Numbered from the stretch's first letter, positions 1 through 17,548 are shown. The stretch: DNA of 64,000 nucleotides from an uncultured bacterium (GCA_963705705.1 CAVPKK010000004.1:1-64000); one strand, 5' to 3'. Program-made: numbers and translations. Notes: generated from the letters alone by a model not told the origin.

Positions 1-390
1 TAATGTTACTGTTGCCTTTCGTTGAGTTACGTATTGCTATTCTACTTATCAACAGAATAGACCGTAGATAAAGCCTGAAGCGAGTTAAAATAAGTAGCGG
101 GAGGCAACAGCAAGTCCGCGGTCAATCAGACGGGAAGTTAATACTTCTTTATCGGTAAACTTACCTTCGCGTTTAAAATGGTTCCGCCAGGTATTTTCCC
201 TGCGGCTGAAAAAGTATTCACGATAATCGACGGTAAGTGCCAAAAAGCCAGGAAATTCTTTTGGCTTAGCGGATACTACAGTGAAAGTACACTCTGCCGC
301 CCTGTTGGATCCGTACGGCACGTCAGCTTCTTAAGCATATTTTCCTAGGGTTACTTCAATGCCAGGCTGCTCTAATTTGAAGGTTTTCAT
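1..390 (-). CDS. pnp: Polynucleotide phosphorylase, 5' part (runs off window; disrupted by indels and an in-frame TAA at 331-333, probably sequence errors)
   Basis: ATG at 390 gives MKTFKLEQPGIEVTLGKYA; downstream segments PGFLALTVDYRE and FKREGKFTDKEVLTSRLIDR match PNPase RNase PH domain 1; position after rpsO is canonical. Confidence 0.85.
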
Positions 391-489
391 GGTTGTGTAA
401 AAAATTTTTCGATGGGTTGTATACCCGCTCTGATCCTAAACTGTCCCGACATGTGCGGGGGATAAAGGATAAGCGGGGAAGAGATTATC

Positions 490-756
490 TTAGACCTTCA
501 GCCCAAGACGGGATGATAGTTCTTGATGACGTGCAGCATCTTCATTTTTAAGATACTTCATAAGCGAACTGCGTTGGCCGACCTTCATCATGAGACCGCG
601 CTTAGAGTTATAATCTTTTGGGAAGCTTTTGAAATGCTGAGTAAGATTCTTAATATCTTGGGTAAGCATCGCGGTTTGCACTTCGGTTGAACCGGTGTCA
701 TTCGCATGGATTTTGAAATCGTTGATTGGTTTGCTTTTTATTACATTTCTTTGCAT
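490..756 (-). CDS. rpsO: 30S ribosomal protein S15
   Basis: HANDTGSTEVQ and KDYNSKRGLMMKVGQR motifs, 88 aa. Confidence 0.97.
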   Translation of the reverse strand: MQRNVIKSKPINDFKIHANDTGSTEVQTAMLTQDIKNLTQHFKSFPKDYNSKRGLMMKVGQRSSLMKYLKNEDAARHQELSSRLGLKV

Positions 757-956
757 CTATGCTTTGTCCTATAGGATCTCTGTTTTTATTTCCCAACTAG
801 TATACGTCATGTTTAATTTTATATAAATCGGGCCGGGGACATTTCCTCCCTGAACCCCTCCCTAAAAATTTATTCTATGGAGGGCTACCGCCCTCCAACT
901 CCCGCTTTCTAGCAATCTTATTATATAAGCCAAACCTATTCGCCATCAGTTAGGGC

Positions 957-1030
957 GGGGCTTAAAAGGTAGGCCGCAGCGACCATTGGAGCTCTGCTCC
1001 TAGGGAGTGAGGATCTAACCTTAAAGCCTC
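957..1030. repeat. Palindromic intergenic element (nested hairpin)
   Basis: Outer imperfect stem GGGGCTTAAAAGGTAGG / TCTAACCTTAAAGCCTC around CCGCAGCG..GGAGC-TCT-GCTCC..GTGAGGAT. Confidence 0.45.
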
Positions 1031-1050
1031 GGTACCTGCAAATAATTCAA

Positions 1051-1125
1051 TGGTGGGCGCGAACGGGATTGAACCGCTGACCCTCGCTACGTCAAAGCGA
1101 TGCTCTGCCACTGAGCTACGCGCCC
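1051..1125 (-). tRNA. tRNA-Val(GAC)
   Basis: Reverse complement GGGCGCGTAGCTCAGTGG..TCGCT-TTGACGT-AGCGA..GGTTCAATCCC..CCCACCA; cloverleaf, CCA encoded. Confidence 0.95.
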
Positions 1126-1207
1126 TAGTATCTTAAGTAAGGACAAGCGGGGTTACCGCCCGTCCGGAACTTGACTACGAAGCACTTGATTGCGCCTCAT
1201 TACCCTA

Positions 1208-9685
<8,478 letters not shown>

Positions 9686-9881
9686 AATTTGCTCCCTCTA
9701 GGCTGCTACCCGTTGCTACAGATATTTGTAAAAAGTGACGACGATGCATCATCCATTGCTTACTTTACAACTTCTCAAGGCGTGACGATTATTTTTGGAT
9801 CGTCAATGAAAAATATTTTGTTATTAGCTTGCCCTATATAACCAGTTGCCAATAACCGCGCTGTTTAAATCTATGTGATGC

Positions 9882-9915
9882 AAAAGCAGAGAGGCGTTTT
9901 TTGACACCTCTCTGC
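9882..9915 (-). terminator. Intrinsic terminator/attenuator between rplL and rpoB
   Basis: Minus strand GCAGAGAGGTGT-CAAAAA-ACGCCTCTCTGC followed by TTTT. Confidence 0.7.
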
Positions 9916-9951
9916 CTAGTTTTTTTGCGAATAAATAAGGAAAAACTTTCG

Positions 9952-10335
9952 TTATGAAAGTTCTACCTTTGCGCCAGCCGCTTCGAGTACGGTCTTCATT
10001 TCTTTTGCTTTTTCTTTAGGAACTGCTTCCCCAAGAACCGTTGGAGCTTCTTCGACAGCTTTCTTAGCTTCAGTCAATCCAAGGGTAGTTACTTGACGTA
10101 GCGCCTTGATCACTTTGATCTTGTCGGTGCCGCCTTCTTTCATGGTTACCTTGAATTCAGACTTTTCTTCAGCTGGTGCTGCCGCTTCAGCTGCGCCTGC
10201 TGCCGGCATCATTGCGCCGACTGGCATAGCTGCTGAAACACCAAATTTGGTTTCAAGTGCTTTGACGAGTTCTGCAAGGTCGAGAACCGACATTGCGCTT
10301 ACTTCGTCGATGAATTTTTCGTATTTAGCTGCCAT
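9952..10335 (-). CDS. rplL: 50S ribosomal protein L7/L12
   Basis: MSVLDLAELVKALETKFGVSAA and KIKVIKALR..LGLTEAKKAVE; ATG at 10335 after GGAG. The upstream extension in the ORF track is repeat-derived. Confidence 0.97.
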   Translation of the reverse strand: MAAKYEKFIDEVSAMSVLDLAELVKALETKFGVSAAMPVGAMMPAAGAAEAAAPAEEKSEFKVTMKEGGTDKIKVIKALRQVTTLGLTEAKKAVEEAPTVLGEAVPKEKAKEMKTVLEAAGAKVELS

Positions 10336-10367
10336 AATTACTCCGTAAAATAAAAGTAGGTGAAAAT

Positions 10368-10421
10368 TCGTGTGCCGCCCTTCGATACATTTTGCTGACG
10401 CAAAACACTCAGGGTGCACGG
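10368..10421. repeat. CCTGAG..TCGAAGG palindromic repeat, long-loop variant, between rplJ and rplL
   Basis: CCCTTCGATACATTTTGCTGACGCAAAACACTCAGGG; near copy at 27588-27627. Confidence 0.8.
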
Positions 10422-10430
10422 TTTAGTTAT

Positions 10431-10961
10431 TTATGCTGTTGCCTGTTCTGCCGGTGCTGATTCCACTTCTTTCGCCTCCTGACCTTTGGTGCTTATTGCG
10501 TGCAGTACGCGAGCAAGCGCAGCAACTGGGCCATTGAGAACCCCACACAGTTGTGCCAAGAGCACTTCGCGTGATGGGATTGAAGCAAGGAAAGTAATTG
10601 TTTTAGCATCAACTAGTTTTTGATCATTGCAGCCAACAATAATTTTAAGACCGTTATGGTCCTTGGCAAAATTTACTAATGTTTTTGCTACCGCTGGTGT
10701 TTCTTTGGTTGCAAAAACGAGACCAACTTGTTGCTTGCAGAATGGGATCATCTCTTCCGCGCCAGGCGTACCTTCAGCCGCACGTTTCATCAAACGAGCT
10801 TTAGCTACCTGAAATGAGCCACCTTGCGCACGCAAGTTACGGCGAAGTGCTTCAAGTTCGGTAACGGTTAGACCTTGATACCCTACAAGAAAAGCGGCTT
10901 GTGATGAAGCAAACTCTTTGTGTAGGTCGGCTACTGATTGTTCTTTTTGTTGTCTGTTCAT
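10431..10961 (-). CDS. rplJ: 50S ribosomal protein L10
   Basis: YQGLTVTELEALRRNLR, ASIPSREVLLAQL; synteny. Confidence 0.96.
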   Translation of the reverse strand: MNRQQKEQSVADLHKEFASSQAAFLVGYQGLTVTELEALRRNLRAQGGSFQVAKARLMKRAAEGTPGAEEMIPFCKQQVGLVFATKETPAVAKTLVNFAKDHNGLKIIVGCNDQKLVDAKTITFLASIPSREVLLAQLCGVLNGPVAALARVLHAISTKGQEAKEVESAPAEQATA

Positions 10962-10987
10962 TTTTTTCTCTTAAATTCTTGAAGAGC

Positions 10988-11683
10988 TTAAGCCTTCACT
11001 GCCTCATCAGGATTAATGTATACCGCTGGTCCCATGGTAGGGCACAGAGTAATTTTCTTAATAAATTTACCTTTTGCAGATGATGGGCGCGTTGCGCTCA
11101 ATGCATGGATAAAAGTTTCAAAATTTTCGAAGAGGTCTTTTGGAGAGAATGATGCTTTGCCAATGGTGAAATGAACCAGACCGCTCTTATCATTCTTAAA
11201 GAATACACGACCTTTTTTCAAATCGGTTACTACATCGCCAACATCGAAGGTAACTGTACCGACTTTCTTATTAGGAAGAAGGCCACGAGGTCCGAGGATT
11301 TTAGCAAGTTTACCCACCATACCCATAAGGTCTGGCGTAGCTACTGCATAATCAAAATCCATCCAGCCACCAAGAATTTTTTCTACTAGATCATCAGTGC
11401 CAATGAGATCAGCGCCAGCTTTTTTAGCGGCGTCGGCGTATTCGTTTTTTGCAAATACGATAACGCGAGGAGCTTTTCCAAGGCCGTGCGGCAGAACGAG
11501 CGAGCCACGAACAGCATGCTCACCTTTGGCCGGATCAATACCAAGATTAATATGTACGTCTACAGATTCATTAAACTTGGCATGCGCAAGGTCTTTTATT
11601 TTAGCCATCGCCTGTTCAGGCGTTAGCTCAACATCTGATACCTTTTCCCGCGCTGCACGATATTTTTTTCCACGTTCTGCCAT
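10988..11683 (-). CDS. rplA: 50S ribosomal protein L1
   Basis: AKFNESVDV, VRGSLVLPHGLGK, LGPRGLLPN, TMGP; likely start MAERGKKY at 11683. Confidence 0.97.
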   Translation of the reverse strand: MAERGKKYRAAREKVSDVELTPEQAMAKIKDLAHAKFNESVDVHINLGIDPAKGEHAVRGSLVLPHGLGKAPRVIVFAKNEYADAAKKAGADLIGTDDLVEKILGGWMDFDYAVATPDLMGMVGKLAKILGPRGLLPNKKVGTVTFDVGDVVTDLKKGRVFFKNDKSGLVHFTIGKASFSPKDLFENFETFIHALSATRPSSAKGKFIKKITLCPTMGPAVYINPDEAVKA

Positions 11684-11698
11684 TGTGATCCTAAATAG

Positions 11699-11766
11699 TT
11701 GGGTGGATGATGCCACCTATATGTCGCTGCGCTCGCTGGGAAATACATTTCCCGACTTGCTTCACT
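11699..11766. repeat. Second palindromic repeat family, between rplK and rplA
   Basis: GCCACC..TCGCTGCGCTCGCTGGGAAA-TACA-TTTCCCGACTTGCTTCAC; near copy at 20871-20941. Confidence 0.75.
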
Positions 11767-11782
11767 AATATTCAATATAACG

Positions 11783-12205
11783 TTATACGACTTTTACGCC
11801 CATGCTACGTGCAGTACCTGCAACAATTTTCTTGGCTTGCTCAAGATCAAATGCGTTAAGATCTGGCATTTTAATCTTGGCAATTTCTTCAATTTCTTTC
11901 CAGGCGATTTGGCCAACAAGTTCAGAACCTGTTTTAGAGGCGCCCTTAGCAATATTGCCGCGCTTTTTAATCAGCTCGGAAGTCGGTGCTGTTTTAACTG
12001 TAAATTCAAAAGTTTTATCTTTATAAACCGTAATAATGACGGGAACGGTTTCGCCTTTGCGGCTAGCAGTCTTTGCATTGAACTGTTTACAAAATTCCAT
12101 GATGTTAACCTGGTGCTGACCCAAGGTTGAACCAACTGGAGGTGCAGGAGTTGCAGCGCCACCGGCGATCTGCATTTTTAATTTCGCTTTAATTTCTTTT
12201 GCCAT
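11783..12205 (-). CDS. rplK: 50S ribosomal protein L11
   Basis: ATPAPPVG..LGQH..NIMEFCKQFNAKT; GTARSMG. Confidence 0.98.
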   Translation of the reverse strand: MAKEIKAKLKMQIAGGAATPAPPVGSTLGQHQVNIMEFCKQFNAKTASRKGETVPVIITVYKDKTFEFTVKTAPTSELIKKRGNIAKGASKTGSELVGQIAWKEIEEIAKIKMPDLNAFDLEQAKKIVAGTARSMGVKVV

Positions 12206-12235
12206 TGTTCTTCTCGTTTGCTTTAACTAGCACGG

Positions 12236-12940
12236 TTAGCGTTTGACCTGATCAAATCTGAGTTCAACTGGGGTTGACCGACCGAAAATACTGACCATCA
12301 CGGTAAGTTTTTCACCTTCTTTGTCTACCCTATCAATAAGCCCCACAAATCCTGCGAACGGCCCGTCGATAATTTCGACCTCCGTACCCACAATGAAGTC
12401 GGCCGAAACTGGTGCAGCGATAGCCACTTCACCCTTGACCTGGGACATAATACGATCAATTTCCTTTTTTGTCAGCGGGGTAGGCTGTTTTCCACCAAGA
12501 AACTTAATTACCCGGGGGGACTCCATGACCAAATGCATGGCTTCGGGCACTAGTTCCAATTCGACTAGGATGTAGCCAGGAAACAGCTGCTGTTCAGCTT
12601 CGCCCTCTTCAATTTCGAAGAATTTTTTAACTTTTGCTGAGGGGATCAAAACTTCGCCAAAGAGATCTTGTAGACCCTTCTTGGCTATTTGCCGCTCAAG
12701 GTCAGCCTTTACTTGCTCTTCAAAGCCAGCGTAGACCTGAACCACATAGAAACGTTTATGGGAGCTGCTCACTACACCCAAGGCAGCCTTTTCTTCAGTC
12801 TCGACTGGATTGACGCCCTTCTTGCTCTTCTTTTTTGCTTCAGCTGCAGGAGCAGCTTCGATCGCAGAAGAAGAATCTTCGGGCTGTTGGTCCGCCAGTC
12901 TAAGAGACGGGTCAGTGAGAATGTCCATTGCTTGTACCAC
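12236..12940 (-). CDS. nusG: Transcription termination/antitermination factor NusG, with N-terminal extension
   Basis: FYVVQVYAGFE, FPGYILVE, KOW GPFAGFVG..SIFGRSTPVEL. Confidence 0.95.
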   Translation of the reverse strand: MVQAMDILTDPSLRLADQQPEDSSSAIEAAPAAEAKKKSKKGVNPVETEEKAALGVVSSSHKRFYVVQVYAGFEEQVKADLERQIAKKGLQDLFGEVLIPSAKVKKFFEIEEGEAEQQLFPGYILVELELVPEAMHLVMESPRVIKFLGGKQPTPLTKKEIDRIMSQVKGEVAIAAPVSADFIVGTEVEIIDGPFAGFVGLIDRVDKEGEKLTVMVSIFGRSTPVELRFDQVKR

Positions 12941-12951
12941 TGTTGTTATCT

Positions 12952-13149
12952 TTATGCTTTTACGCCATAGAGGAAAAGTTCAGCCGCTTTTGATAAAACT
13001 AAGTCGACTGCACCTAGGTATATGGCAAAAATAGTAACTAGAATGAGCACAATTATAGTCGAAGCAACTAAATCATGCCAGCTCGGCCAAACTACTTTGG
13101 CCATTTCGGCTTTAACTTCTGTCAGAAACCGTGTGATATCTTTTGTCAT
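12952..13149 (-). CDS. secE: Preprotein translocase subunit SecE
   Basis: FLTEVKAEMAKVVWPS plus a single TM helix; synteny. Confidence 0.95.
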   Translation of the reverse strand: MTKDITRFLTEVKAEMAKVVWPSWHDLVASTIIVLILVTIFAIYLGAVDLVLSKAAELFLYGVKA

Positions 13150-13165
13150 CGGTACCCTAATTATA

Positions 13166-13238
13166 CAGGCCAGGAGGGACTTGAACCCCCAACATGCAGA
13201 TTTGGAGTCTGCCGCTCTACCATTGGAGCTACTGGCCT
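13166..13238 (-). tRNA. tRNA-Trp(CCA)
   Basis: Anticodon arm GCAGA-CTCCAAA-TCTGC; upstream of secE; CCA end not encoded. Confidence 0.95.
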
Positions 13239-13301
13239 AGTCTTTTTAACGTTGGCTGCTGCCCTAAGTTGCCAAAAACCAATTTCCACCAGCAAAATGG
13301 T

Positions 13302-13460
13302 TTACTTAGACTCTTTATGAGCTTCATGCTTACGGCAATGGCGGCAATATTTACGCAAATTTAATGAGCCAACAGACCGCTTCTTGCCAACTACTTGGGT
13401 ATAGTTGCGTTCTTTACATTGACCACAAGAAAGATGTGTGATGATGCGGTTTTTAGCCAT
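13302..13460 (-). CDS. rpmG: 50S ribosomal protein L33 (zinc-binding C+ form), 52 aa, absent from the ORF track
   Basis: Manual translation MAKNRIITHLSCGQCKERNYTQVVGKKRSVGSLNLRKYCRHCRKHEAHKESK. Confidence 0.95.
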   Translation of the reverse strand: MAKNRIITHLSCGQCKERNYTQVVGKKRSVGSLNLRKYCRHCRKHEAHKESK

Positions 13461-13475
13461 GTTGTTTTCCAATTA

Positions 13476-13550
13476 TGGAGCCCGCGACCGGGATTGAACC
13501 GGTGACCTCTCCCTTACCAAGGGAGTGCTCTGCCACTGAGCTACGTGGGC
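13476..13550 (-). tRNA. tRNA-Thr(GGT)
   Basis: Anticodon arm CTCCC-TTGGTAA-GGGAG; CCA encoded. Confidence 0.95.
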
Positions 13551-13618
13551 GTTGTTATCCGGGATTAATAAAACGAATGCCGTATAGGGTACACTAGCCC
13601 GAATACGTTTTCAACTAA

Positions 13619-13691
13619 AGCTGGCGACTGGACTTGAACCAGCGACCTGCTGATTACAAATCAGCTGCTCTACCAACTGAGCTACGCCAGC
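13619..13691 (-). tRNA. tRNA-Thr(TGT)
   Basis: Anticodon arm GCTGA-TTTGTAA-TCAGC. Confidence 0.95.
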
Positions 13692-13732
13692 GTTGATTGC
13701 TTAAGAGTCGGACCGAACCTACGGCCCTTGAC

Positions 13733-13759
13733 CCGCTCGTCCTGAGCCGATCCGAGCGG
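13733..13759. repeat. Shortened CCTGAG-family palindrome inside the tRNA cluster
   Basis: CCGCTCGTCCTGAGCCGATCCGAGCGG; left arm identical to 27566-27581. Confidence 0.6.
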
Positions 13760-13785
13760 CAATATCAGGAACGTTAATTTTTCAA

Positions 13786-13858
13786 AGCGGGAAACGGGGC
13801 TCGAACCCGCAACCTACAGCTTGGAAGGCTGTCGCTCTACCAATTGAGCTATTCCCGC
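13786..13858 (-). tRNA. tRNA-Gly(TCC)
   Basis: GCGGGAATAGCTCAATTGG..ACAGC-CTTCCAA-GCTGT. Confidence 0.95.
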
Positions 13859-13873
13859 AGTTAAAAATTTAAA

Positions 13874-13956
13874 TGGCGAGAACAGGAATCGAACCTGTGA
13901 AGGCTTGCGCCAGGGGATTTACAGTCCCCCCTCTTTGGCCGCTCGAGCATCTCGCC
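13874..13956 (-). tRNA. tRNA-Tyr(GTA)
   Basis: Anticodon loop CTGTAAA, long variable arm, GGTTCGATTCC T-arm. Confidence 0.93.
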
Positions 13957-14210
13957 ATCAATTTTTAGACAATATTAAAAATTTTACGCCTTCGGCGTCG
14001 AAACTTTACGTCGTTCGGCCATTGAGCAAGCTCATGACCTCACTTTGTTTGTTTTTTGAGTGGAGGACATTCTAAGGATTTTTATGATGAAATCAATAAG
14101 CGAAGAGAGTGGAGACTATCGCCTCAACGAACGAAGCGCAATAATCGGGCAATAAAATCACCAACGCAATAATGTGATAATACATCATGCACACAATTAC
14201 GCAGCTTTTG

Positions 14211-15416
14211 TTACTTCTTTTTACACACCTTCTTATGCAATGCCCAATTCTTTTTCTGGCATTCTCTTGAGCAATAGTGAACGGCTTTGCACGCCGAACA
14301 TTGAGACATGTTTGGTTTAGAAACACCGCAGTTGCCACAATCTTGCAATGTAATTGCGACCGGAACAGAACTGTTTGGGCTCATAGGTATGGTGCCAACT
14401 TCATCCAATTTTTCATCATTCCTTGCCGCATTGTCCGACAATCCGAGCTGATTACAGGCATCAGTTAATACCATTTTCAAATCTAGTGCAACGGAATCCA
14501 AAAATGTATGTGATAACCCATTATAACGACCTTGATTCAGATAGGGATCTATTTGACCATCAGTCTCTTCGCCTTTATCAATAATTTTAGTATACCCTGC
14601 TTCTAGCAGGTTAGGTATTAAGCCAACGATATGCTGGCCCCCAAGCAATAAAAAAATATGTTCTTTTTTTGCTTGGCTCCAAATAAGATGGGGAATGCGT
14701 GCATCAAGTAAGCCCGCAAACTGTTTTTGAGTATCTCTTAGCCGCGCTAGCAAGGCATAATTGGTTATTGTATTAAAATATTTACGGGCATCCTCAACTC
14801 TTTCCCGACTTAATTTTTTTAGGAATGCTGGAATTGTTGATTTATCAATCTCTGCAATGACCTCATCAAGTGTAGATAAGTATTCCTTCTTGACGAACGT
14901 GTCTCGTGAGTAGCCACCCAAGCATTGTGCCTGGCTGCATTCAGCATTTACTATTGGCAGTTGCTGCTTTCTAAACAACTCGGTCATATATTGCAGAAAT
15001 CCACGCTCTCCAGCAGGTTGTTTATTTGAATCAGCCGTAATCTTCTCATATATTTTTTTCATTTCTACGTTTGAGCCCTCATATTCCAAAATATTTTCGT
15101 TGATCATAACTACTTTGCCGGCACCACATTGCTGTGCAAAATCAATCAACTGCCTTCCCTGGGACAGGGCTAGTTCATGAAGGCGCTTGTTAAATGCTAG
15201 CTGCAATGCTCGCAATTGAACCGTTTTTTCATCTTCAGCTATATGATGCCAAAAAGTTTCGCAGTGGGCATCACTGAAGCAATGAATATAGTGTGGCTTG
15301 CCATTATTATCTTTTTTTAACACTACCAGACGGGTAACAATCGCTTGAATAGTAGTAGCTGATAAAAATGCAAAGAGAGCTAATACTGTAAAAAGGCATT
15401 TGAAACGGCTAAACAT
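14211..15416 (-). CDS. Secreted protein with C-terminal MYND zinc finger
   Basis: Signal peptide; CGNC..CSACKAVHYCSRECQKKNWALHKKVC is a typical zf-MYND. Confidence 0.88.
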   Translation of the reverse strand: MFSRFKCLFTVLALFAFLSATTIQAIVTRLVVLKKDNNGKPHYIHCFSDAHCETFWHHIAEDEKTVQLRALQLAFNKRLHELALSQGRQLIDFAQQCGAGKVVMINENILEYEGSNVEMKKIYEKITADSNKQPAGERGFLQYMTELFRKQQLPIVNAECSQAQCLGGYSRDTFVKKEYLSTLDEVIAEIDKSTIPAFLKKLSRERVEDARKYFNTITNYALLARLRDTQKQFAGLLDARIPHLIWSQAKKEHIFLLLGGQHIVGLIPNLLEAGYTKIIDKGEETDGQIDPYLNQGRYNGLSHTFLDSVALDLKMVLTDACNQLGLSDNAARNDEKLDEVGTIPMSPNSSVPVAITLQDCGNCGVSKPNMSQCSACKAVHYCSRECQKKNWALHKKVCKKK

Positions 15417-15456
15417 AGAATTTCCTTATTTAAATTTCATAGGTGAAGTATGAGTC

Positions 15457-15702
15457 TTATTTTTTTGAGCAGCAACCGCCCCCGCAGCACGCTTTCTTTT
15501 GATTCTGTTGCGCTAAGATCTTTTCAACTTCCCGCGTACAACTGCCACATCCGGTGCTTGCCAAAGTTTTTTCCTTAATTGATTCGATAGTAGTCGCGCC
15601 TTGATTGATGGACTTTATTATCTCATCACGCCATACATTATTGCAACCGCAAACCACATAGTCTTGGCAGCCAGTGGTAGCATCATCGGTTTTATTAATC
15701 AT
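15457..15702 (-). CDS. BFD-like (2Fe-2S)-binding protein
   Basis: VVCGCNNV..EIIKSI..GATTIESIKEKTLASTGCGSC; start uncertain. Confidence 0.85.
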   Translation of the reverse strand: MINKTDDATTGCQDYVVCGCNNVWRDEIIKSINQGATTIESIKEKTLASTGCGSCTREVEKILAQQNQKKACCGGGCCSKK

Positions 15703-15796
15703 TTGTAACCCTATAGACCTTATTAAGGCCTCTAATATAGCACATAGAATATTTCCGCCCTTTTGCAATCATCACACGCCTATGTAATTTAAAACT

Positions 15797-17488
15797 ATGA
15801 TAAAACATAGACCCATTCACAGCCTTATTTCTATTCTTTCTTTCATGGCCTGCTTACCGCTTTTCGCCGCATCAGACATTCATGCCGCGCAAACCCAACG
15901 CAACTTGGTCATTGCAATCGATCCTGTGACCGACAACGGATTTAATGCAATGGGGGTATTTTACCATATGCAGGAACAGGATACTTGTATTGTTACAACC
16001 GATTACATCTTGCAACAGACTCGCCTAGATAAAGACCTGATAAAGACCAATTTTTTTACCTATTCCTATGGTGGCAGCCTAATCATTTTAATTCCTAAGA
16101 AAATGGCGGCAATCTACAATTCAACTTCCGGCATTAACCTTTCGGGCTATTGTGAATATGACTTAGATGCACCATCAAAATTAAAATCAGGTATAAGCGC
16201 TCCCTTCCTATACCCCGCTGCGCTCACTGTTTATTCACGATTGGCGCTACGATTAATTCGCAACATCTTCAAAAAATGTGATGGTGTCATTTGGAATGTT
16301 TGGGTCCTCGGACATGGAGAACCGTATGGCAAAACAGTTGGTTTTACCGAGGGAGCATTTAAACAGCTCTTATCTTTTTTCAAAAATGATCTTAATACGC
16401 GAACATTTTTTTATGAGTCCTGTTACGCCGGCGGCAAAATGTTGGAATATGTAGTTGGACAAGAGCAATATCCATTTTTGCTTGTCTGCGGCTGCGCCGG
16501 AGAAAACTTCACTTTTCGATTTGCCGGTAAAAATTTGGCTATGTCAGCAATAAGTAAACTTAAAAATGTTAATAACGTGAGCGACGTGACCGCTCTTTTT
16601 TCATCATTCATTCATACTATGAATGCACCGCAAATTCGTTTGCCCCATAGCACACATTTTTCTACTCCAAATATGAAGGGGGCAAAAATTCAAGAAAGCG
16701 TTGACTTGAATGGTCATTGCATTGAAAAGCCAGGCGAAATTGTGTATGCGAGTAAAAAAATTATTGGTACAAAAGCTCTGCGGACTAAAGGCGCTGACTT
16801 ACTTCTTGATATACACCATCTCAAGAATACCCTTCAGCTTGATGAAAAAATAAACATCTGCTCCACGTTGAAAGGAGATAGTTGGCATTTATTGGATTTG
16901 GTAGAGGCTTCAACGCTCAGCAAATACATATTTTTTGATGCTTTTTGCGGCCTTGCACATTACAATCCTCATATACAAAAAATATATCTTGTGAAAGAGG
17001 CTCGTTGTATCGGTGGCAGGCTAACCAACGTCCTCATCCTTTTAAATAGTGTAACCCCTGCATCCTCAACCCCTATAACAGAAATTTTTTACCTCCAAGG
17101 AGATGCGGGATTCCGTATGATTTGTTGCCGGGATGGATCAATACAAGAATTGGCAGTCTCGCAAGAGCTTGTTTCTGCATACAAGAAACTATTTGGCAGT
17201 CTGCAGGCTCGTATTGAAGCAGGCAAGCAACCGATTAGACTCTTTTACAATGCTTGGGTTCGCTCAGGCATATTGTGGCATAATGAACTTTCAGCATTTT
17301 CCCTTATTGGCGCTTGTTTAGCTAGTATAAAATTAGCAAAATCTCACATGTACAGTTCATGTGCATTGCTCAGTGCCAGCGCCGCCGCATGGTGGCACAA
17401 AGACAAAATAACTAGCAAACTTCGCTTTCTTGATCTTGAAGGTGATGATTTCATGCATAGTTATGCCCGCAGCGCCCTCGCCCTATAA
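15797..17488 (+). CDS. Secreted hypothetical protein, possible clan CD (caspase/legumain-fold) cysteine peptidase
   Basis: Signal peptide; VWVLGHG and FFYESCYAGG motifs about 35 aa apart. Confidence 0.55.
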   Translation: MIKHRPIHSLISILSFMACLPLFAASDIHAAQTQRNLVIAIDPVTDNGFNAMGVFYHMQEQDTCIVTTDYILQQTRLDKDLIKTNFFTYSYGGSLIILIPKKMAAIYNSTSGINLSGYCEYDLDAPSKLKSGISAPFLYPAALTVYSRLALRLIRNIFKKCDGVIWNVWVLGHGEPYGKTVGFTEGAFKQLLSFFKNDLNTRTFFYESCYAGGKMLEYVVGQEQYPFLLVCGCAGENFTFRFAGKNLAMSAISKLKNVNNVSDVTALFSSFIHTMNAPQIRLPHSTHFSTPNMKGAKIQESVDLNGHCIEKPGEIVYASKKIIGTKALRTKGADLLLDIHHLKNTLQLDEKINICSTLKGDSWHLLDLVEASTLSKYIFFDAFCGLAHYNPHIQKIYLVKEARCIGGRLTNVLILLNSVTPASSTPITEIFYLQGDAGFRMICCRDGSIQELAVSQELVSAYKKLFGSLQARIEAGKQPIRLFYNAWVRSGILWHNELSAFSLIGACLASIKLAKSHMYSSCALLSASAAAWWHKDKITSKLRFLDLEGDDFMHSYARSALAL

Positions 17489-17548
17489 TATTGTCCCATA
17501 CCTTATCGCATCAACCATACCGAAAACCCAGCAGAACCCCGGGGGCAT

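Noticed and set aside
331..333. In-frame TAA in pnp as stop-codon reassignment
   Set aside because: It lies in the most error-rich stretch; TAA, TAG and TGA all end intact genes elsewhere in the window.
10336..10419. N-terminal extension of L7/L12, likewise 11684-11716 for L1
   Set aside because: Derived from intergenic repeats; canonical starts lie downstream.
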